Shown piece by piece: positions 57,589 to 64,000 of a DNA stretch of 64,000 nucleotides (the stretch's first letter is position 1; the number at the start of each line of letters is the position of its first letter). Below the pieces are notes generated by a model. That model ran no database searches. It saw only the letters and a list, made by a program, of their open reading frames with translations, and had not been told where the DNA came from. The stretch comes from Scyliorhinus canicula (Eukaryota), in assembly GCF_902713615.1 (NCBI RefSeq), contig NW_024055478.1:186001-250000 (forward strand), written 5' to 3'. A program made the translations under genes and the position numbers.

Positions 57589-57983
57589 AGGAATAAATAC
57601 ACAGTAACAGGCGACATGTTTGCAGAGAGATCGTGGCAGCTTTGAACAGAAATGGTTGAGGCTGAAATTGTTTTCATCAAGAGTTGAGAAGAGGATGAGT
57701 CATAATCATGAGCCTGCTGATTGGTACATTGCTCACAACGTCATCGGGTCACATCCAATTGCCTGTAAGTTCCTTTTCTCTTCAATTCAATCAATGTTCT
57801 CACAGCTCATTGGATCTCCAATTCATCCTGTTGGCGCAGATCGAAAGCAACGAAGTGAATTTGTACATCTCCATGCTGATCCTTAAATAGGTTGACAAAG
57901 AATAGGGTTATTGATAATGTGAGATGAGCAGTTGTTTCGCCCAGAACTAGAACAAATGAAATGCGAATGAATTTGGTGGCCAT
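57589..57983 (-). pseudogene. Degenerate leader + V relic
   Basis: Leader-like MATKFIRISFVLVL|gc donor; TYRQL; FSTLDENNFSL...VACYC; heptamer-like cacagcg 57582-57588; several stops. Confidence 0.5.
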
Positions 57984-58279
57984 TGTTGTAAACAATGGGC
58001 GTTTGGATGAGAATTCTGTATTTTGCATGAACATTAGGCCTTGCGAATATCATGCTATACTAAGCCGTCAGCAGCATTAATGTGCAGGATAAGGGGATTA
58101 GCCATGCGAAAATTGTCCCTCAGTGTCCAAAGATGTGCAGGTTAAGTGGGGTTGCCGGGTTAGTGCTGGGGAGTGGCCGAGGTAGGGTGCTCTTTCAGAG
58201 GTCGGTGCAGACTGGATGGGCAAAATGCCTGAAGCCGCCACTACTGTCAGCCTGACCCCCCCCCCCCCCCCACCTCATG

Positions 58280-58410
58280 TCCAGCCTGACCCTCCCATTC
58301 CAGTCCAGCCCGACCCTCCCATTCCAGTCCAGCCCGAGCCTCCCATTCCAGTCCAGCCCAACCCTCCCATTCCAGGCCAACCCGACCCTCCCATTCCAGG
58401 CCAGCCAGAT
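58280..58410. repeat. 24-bp minisatellite (~5.5 copies)
   Basis: (ccgaccctcccattccagtccagc)n. Confidence 0.88.
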
Positions 58411-59062
58411 ACCCCACTCAGTCCAACCCCACCTTACTAACTATGGTGCGTTCTGTACCCCTCCAGTCCAGCCTATCTCTCCGAATCCGGTCCAGCCTGA
58501 CCCCCCCCCCCCCACACACTACAGTCCAGCCTGACCGTTCTCCCTCCGATCCCACTCGACTCCTGCAGCTCCCATTCGAACCCGCATTCCCTGTTCCAGA
58601 AGAGGCCCTATAGTGTGAAGCGACCCCACCTTGTGACCCGATACTCCTCCGGTCTGAGCAGACCCCCTCCCTTGCTGTTCAATCACCGCGCCCCCCCCCC
58701 CCCCATCCCCAGTGTGCCCCCCCCGTACATCCGATACCCCACCTTGTCTGTCCCACTTACCTTTTTAATTGTCCCTTTAAACACTCCCCTTCCGGCAGCT
58801 CGTGCCGCAAAAATGAGGGCTTCTTACCTCACTGAGCCTCAGCTGCCCCACGCTGGACAAAGATAAATATCTTCTTGATTAATAAGGGGATCAGGGTTAT
58901 GACGAATGCAGGGAAATGGGGATGAGAAGCACATCCGCCGTGATTGACCGGCGGAGCAATCGTGATGGGCCAAATGGCCCCATTCTGCTCCTATGTCTTA
59001 TGGGCTTATGTTCCATAAATTGGACAGGTATTTATAAGCGCACATTGCAGTGATTGTCGCTG

Positions 59063-59076
59063 CCGCCAGAGGGCAG
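59063..59076 (+). promoter_or_regulatory. CTCF motif with upstream TGCAG module
   Basis: ttgcagtga...CCGCCAGAGGGCAG. Confidence 0.62.
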
Positions 59077-59259
59077 TGATATTTAGTGAAGACAATGTTA
59101 TGGAGGGAGCCAATGTGGAAACAGAAACATTATTTTAACGCTCATATGTAAATTGAATTTTTAAAAAAGTTATTTATTATCATGTGTTTTCACTGCTGTT
59201 ACTGTTGGAATGTTACAAATGTCCGATAGATAGACGAGTTCGCATTTGACGGGATCACG

Positions 59260-59575
59260 CGGGGCAGCAGGGGAGCATGGTGGTTTGCATAAATGCGTCA
59301 CAGCTCCAGGGTCCCAGGTTCGATTCCCGGCTTGAATCACTGTCTGTGCGGAGTCTGCACGCTCTCTCCGGGTGCACTGGTTTCCTCCCACAGTCCAAAG
59401 ATGTGCGGGTTAGGTGGATTAGCCATGCTAAATTGCCCGTAGTGTCTTAAAAAGTAAGGTTAAGGGGGAGTTGTTGGGTTACGGGTATAGGGTGGATACG
59501 TGGGTTTGAGTAGGGTGATCATTGCTCGGCACAACGTCGAGGGCCGAAAGGCCTGTACGGTTCTATGTTCTAAAA
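59260..59575 (+). mobile_element. V-SINE
   Basis: Head, V core and ttctatgttct tail; same subfamily as 50903. Confidence 0.82.
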
Positions 59576-59798
59576 TGATATAAGGATATTTTTCTTGACA
59601 AACGGACTTGCAGGAAGAGTGAGTGAGCAAAAGGCACCGCAATCGTTGGACAGCAGACAGGAAAGTGAGATTTAGTCTCTCCCTCAGTAAAATAGCTATA
59701 ACAGGAAGGAGGGAACCTGTTCTCATTCGTGACTATATCGTGAACTGCAACTTGTTGGCAGTTCGTGAATAATTGCACCATGCACTTACCAGTTCACA

Positions 59799-59812
59799 CC
59801 GCCAGAGGGCAG
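59799..59812 (+). promoter_or_regulatory. CTCF motif ~240 bp upstream of V 60046
   Basis: CCGCCAGAGGGCAG. Confidence 0.62.
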
Positions 59813-60045
59813 TGTGATGTATGAAAAGTATTTAAGGTGATGGTCAGGTGTGTGCTCTCAGTGCGAGCTGGTGTCAATGTGAAAGGTGGTTAAACCTTAA
59901 GGAGTACTCAGCTTACTTAGTTAGATCAACAGCAACACGTGACTAGGTGAACCCGAAGTTAGTGTTTGGTTCCCGGTTAATTTTTCAGAATATAGTTTTC
60001 ATCTCCCGGTTCTGAGCCGAGCTCGGTATTCCGTGTGAACTGATA

Positions 60046-60378
60046 ATGCTTCGGGTTCACACATTCATTTTGCTGTGTTTCACTCTGATCTGCACGGAGG
60101 TGACCGGAGAAGATGCGGTGCAGCAGCTCCCTGGGTGGATGGTTGTTAGTGAAGCGGGTAATGTGTCCATGAATTGCTCCATCAGCATTGCATTTAACAT
60201 CGTATTCTGGTACAAACAGTACCCGAACCAGGCACCCCAGCATCTGGTGATGGCCACAAGAGGAACCGATCAACACGGGAGGATTACAGCTTCAATCGGT
60301 GGAGACAACAAGCTCAGTATCCTGACTGTGAGAGAGGCGCATGTTACAGACGCTGCCACCTATCTCTGCGCCGTGAGG
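60046..60378 (+). CDS. TCR alpha-type V segment with leader and V in one exon; perfect RSS
   Basis: MLRVHTFILLCFTLICTEVTG-EDAVQQLPG...SMNC...VFWYKQYPNQAPQHL...TDAATYLCAVR; cacagtg 60379-60385 + 23 nt + acaaaaacc 60409-60417. Confidence 0.93.
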
Positions 60379-60889
60379 CACAGTGTAACTAACAGAGGGA
60401 GACCCCATACAAAAACCTGCACCGTCTTACAAAGCCGCTTCACTGTGGCTGCAATATCGGCGTTTCATGAAGCGGGGTGTTGTATTCCATGGGAAGGGGG
60501 AATGAGAACAACACGTATATAGAAGCAGAAGAGTGAAAGAGGGAGAAATATGAAGAGAGTTGGAAATATATTCGAAGAAAGAGAAAGTGTTAACATATTA
60601 CCGGAATGAGTGAAAGAACAGCACAGAACATTCTGTAACAATGAAAAGAGAAGTGGAAAAAAGTGAAAAATAACGAGTGTGATGCAGAGTTAACGATCAG
60701 TTAAAAGCATAAATGAAGTGACTCAGAAATAATGTAAAACGGCCTTAACAGCATTCAATCTTCCTTGATATTTCGACATTTTATGGTTTGAAAAGCGGCT
60801 TCTGACCAAGTGCCATTGGATATTGCTCTATAAGTTAATTTACACCCTTTCCACCGTTCTGCCCATGTAAATCCCTTCCACTGGGAACC

Positions 60890-60903
60890 CGGCCAGAGGG
60901 CGA
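60890..60903 (+). promoter_or_regulatory. CTCF-like motif
   Basis: CGGCCAGAGGGCGA. Confidence 0.45.
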
Positions 60904-61219
60904 GGTGGTCCCAAAGTATTTCCTGTTATCAACCTCAAACTATCGACAAAGGACTCGCGGTAACACTGCGAGCTGCCGTCCTGACAACAGCTTGTTCAAA
61001 CTCTGATACACATTTTCTGCCCTGTGATAGTGGAGATCTTTCCCAGTTTGTTTTTGCTGCCTCAGCTGGGGTCCCGGGATCTGTATTTCTGTAACCTTTT
61101 CCTGAAATCCAGTACGAACATCAAACTGGATTTTTTTTCTGTTTGTCAGGATGTGGTTAGTGCTGGGCCTTCGAACGGTTACAATTTAGATAAGTGATTT
61201 GGACGGTATATTTGCTCAA

Positions 61220-61600
61220 TCTGCTGACCACAGAGAGAGATGTAGGAAAGTAAATGTTGAAGAGGACCTTAGGGGCCTATAAAAAGGCATGGATACGGTA
61301 AGTGAATGGACAAAGATCTGGCAAACAGAATATAATGTGGAAAATATGAAATTATTAATTTTGGGAGGTAGACACACAGAGAAGCTGATTATCTGAGGAA
61401 TTGCAGTGGACTGAGATTCAGAAGGATCTCGGTTTCCGAGTGCGTGAATCACAAACGCCAGTTTACAGGTGGAGCAAATAATGCGAATATTGTTGCTCAT
61501 TGTGAGGTGAATTCATCACAAAACATGGAGGTTATGCTTCAGTTATAGACGGTGTGAGTGGGATCACATCTGGGATACTGTGCAGTAGGGCGCGATTTGT
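61220..61600 (+). mobile_element. Degenerate CR1 RT fragment
   Basis: gatacggtaagtgaatggacaaagatctggcaaacagaatataatgtggaaaa resembles the CR1 region after FADD. Confidence 0.6.
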
Positions 61601-61726
61601 TGCAATTTTCTAATGGTCTCCTATGACTGTCACTATGGAGGCTGGATTGCTGTTTCTTTGCTGAGCACTAACTGGAACCCTGACTGTTGGGTTTTGTACG
61701 GGACCCGCTATATCTGTAGCAGTGTG

Positions 61727-62231
61727 GGTTGCAAGGCACAAAGATACAGTGCGCGATCAGACGTCAGCGTGTTGCCTATCATTAGCTCGCTAATCTTGGC
61801 AGTTTTATTTACGGTAGCTGAAACACGATCGGTGATGTCAGGGTGTCTGTAAATGTTCTTCCCCAGAACATGAAGAATGTATTGTGGAGCCTTCCCGGGA
61901 CTCTGACTGTACCAGAACACATACGTGTTAGAAGCGCTTGTCTTCAAGTTGCAGGTTAGTGTGACATTGCTTTCCTCTTCAATCTTTATTTCAGCATCAG
62001 GCTGCTCCACTGTGTCCTGGTGGCTCCAATCTGACGTAAAAATTAGATTAAGAGCAACGATCAGTATCAACCCCAAATTGATCAACTTAATCTTCACCAC
62101 CGCTATTGTTTGCACCAACAATAACGTCAGGGTTACAGCAGCCAGGAGGAGAATGGAATTTTACTAGGAAGGAAATACTTACTGAGAAGTGATATAATGA
62201 TGAGCATCTGAGCGAGCCGGTTCCCCATCAT
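61727..62231 (-). CDS. TCR alpha/delta V segment, intact (leader 62183-62231, V exon 61727-62030)
   Basis: MMGNRLAQMLIIISLL|gtaagt...tcag|NWSHQDTVEQ...VTLTC...VFWYSQSPGKAPQYIL...SDRALYLCALQP; cacactg(61720-61726)+22 nt+acaaaaccc. Confidence 0.93.
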
Positions 62232-62289
62232 CCTTCCTGAGTCTGGAACTCTGCAGTGAGAGGAATCCTCTGTCAGAGACAGAAATACC

Positions 62290-62580
62290 GATCGCCGTCA
62301 CACTGCATTGCTCATCCAGCCAATGGCAGAGGCAGAAATGCAGACCCCCGTCACACTGCACTGCTCATCCGAACAATGGCAGCGACAGCAACTTCTCCAC
62401 TGACACAATTGGGTCAGAGCGAGAGCAGCAACCGCAAGCTGTGGGCGGGGATACCGCAGACTCAGAGTGACGTGTGTGCTGACTCTCAGCTGCACTCGGA
62501 GCGGAAATAGGAAGGGATGAATCTGCAGAAGGCAGAAGACTGTGACCATCCTGCACCTGCTCACTGTTCAAGCCACTAAG
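62290..62580 (-). promoter_or_regulatory. Conserved V-upstream module, copy 3 (before an intact V)
   Basis: Blocks at 62545-62562, 62498-62510 and 62453-62463 identical to the other two copies. Confidence 0.68.
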
Positions 62581-63000
62581 AAGAAATCGAGCGGGAGGGA
62601 CATAAAGCCCATTTAAACACGGCTTCTGACACTAGACACTGTGTCACTGGATCTGCAACTAGTCTGCCTGTCAATGTAGAGCATCAAAAGAGCAGAAGGA
62701 TAAACAAATCTGCCAATATTTGTTCTTCGTGGGGCTGGGATGAAATTAACCCGGCTGATGGAGGTAAACCTCTATTAACTATGAGTGTGCGTAAATTCTA
62801 ATCAACCTGTTAAACTGTACTGATGAGTATAATTTATTACTTACTGTTCAAGAGTACCGCCAGTATTATGAGAAACGTGTCTGATTGAATCGCTCAGTGA
62901 ATGGGAATTAAATGAGTCAGATTTTTGGAAGGAGAGAGGGAACCCGGGTTCTGTTCAGCTCATTGTTCCACCCACACACAGCAGGGGGCCAGGCCCATTG

Positions 63001-63010
63001 TGACATCACT
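63001..63010 (-). promoter_or_regulatory. TCR V-promoter CRE-like decamer
   Basis: Plus strand tgacatcact = AGTGATGTCA on minus, same strand as V 62231. Confidence 0.45.
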
Positions 63011-63066
63011 GAGGATACCTCTGTTGTTGGTCTCATGTGACTTTCCAATCATCATGCGTGGGCTTT

Positions 63067-63080
63067 GCGCCCTCTGCTGG
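63067..63080 (-). promoter_or_regulatory. CTCF motif, reverse orientation
   Basis: Minus strand CCAGCAGAGGGCGC. Confidence 0.62.
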
Positions 63081-63339
63081 TGGATTCTGTTCAATCCGGT
63101 TCCGAATGGGGGTTACTGGATGGATTTAACGTTTATAATATAGTAATCTTTATTGTCACAAGTAGGCTTACATTAACGCTGTAATTATTGATTTTTATGT
63201 CAAAACATCAATGTCAGGAATGAGAATTGACTATTTAAATATGGATACTGCTCATTATTTCTTTCTCTGACCCAGGTCCAATCCATTGCACTGGGAGTCC
63301 GGTCGCACCTATCCCAGAGCTGGAACAGGAATCCAGTGC

Positions 63340-63830
63340 GTTCTGGATTTCCAGACCCCTGAGCCAACCCCAACCGTTATTCGAAGACAACATGAAAATG
63401 GGCAGTGTGCTAAATAGCGAGGAGGAATGGTTTAGATTGCAGGATGATATAGACGGACGGGCTAGATGGGCAGAACAGTGGCAAATGAAATTTAACCCTG
63501 AAAAGGGTGAGATGATGCATTTTGGGAGGACTAATAATGCAAGAAAATACACAATGAACGGTAGGTTGCCAAGAAGTATAGAAGCAAGAGGGACCTTGGG
63601 GTTCATGTCCGTAAATCCCCGAAGGTAACAGGACAAGGACTTAAGCTGGTGAAGATGACATGTGGAATGCTTGTCTTTATTAGCCGACGCATGGAATATA
63701 AGAGTCGGGAGATTATTATGGAGCTGTATAAAACGCTGGTTATCCCGCAGCCGGCGTATTTTGTGCACGTCTGGTCGTCACATTATGGGAAGGATGCGAT
63801 TGCACCAGAGAGGGTGCAGAGGTGATTAAT
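63340..63830 (+). mobile_element. Degenerate CR1 RT fragment
   Basis: RLQDDIDGRARWAEQWQMKFNPEKGEMMHFGRTN. Confidence 0.78.
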
Positions 63831-64000
63831 GAGACAACGTATATTTAAGAAACTCGTTGGATATGCACTAAGTGCTTGGAGGTGATTCTGAGAGATGCGA
63901 GAAGGTCATGATATATGAATATTTTTTTTCTTTTCTATCAGTGTTATTTTAGCAGTGTCAAGATAAAATAAATCAACCTACAGCGTGATTTAAAGGGGAA

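Noticed and set aside
52000-63000. D or J segments, 12-RSSs, NARTCR double-V cassettes or IgH-like V
   Set aside because: No FGxG motif with a 5' 12-RSS and splice donor was noticed by eye. All credible RSSs have 22-23-nt spacers and the V ends (CAVR, CALR, CALQ) are alpha/delta-like.

Overview
Vertebrate genomic DNA, inferred to be from a cartilaginous fish (shark) from its V-SINE/HE1-type SINEs, Penelope-like and CR1 repeats and shark-type V segments. Two systems are interleaved. (1) A ~50-kb tRNA gene tandem array (1-50240) is built from a ~2.45-kb unit A (tRNA-Val-CAC plus an opposite-strand tRNA-Pro-TGG with an 18-nt canonical-position intron) and a ~1.85-2.4-kb unit B (tRNA-Val-AAC, with or without Val-TAC and a decaying Arg-ACG). 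Both units carry a Penelope-like GIY-YIG relic, and the array switches orientation several times. (2) T-cell receptor alpha/delta-type V segments with 23-bp-spacer RSSs: four have open V frames (52210, 56720, 60046, 61727) and about seven are pseudogenes or relics, in both orientations, with CTCF motifs, a TCR V-promoter decamer and a thrice-conserved E-box/ETS/RUNX module. A V pseudogene cut by unit A, a tRNA-Asn and a Rex1 LINE form a large inverted duplication (8769-10783 vs 14138-17742). No D/J/C segments, ordinary protein-coding genes or CRISPR arrays were seen. All calls were made by eye and nothing was computed.
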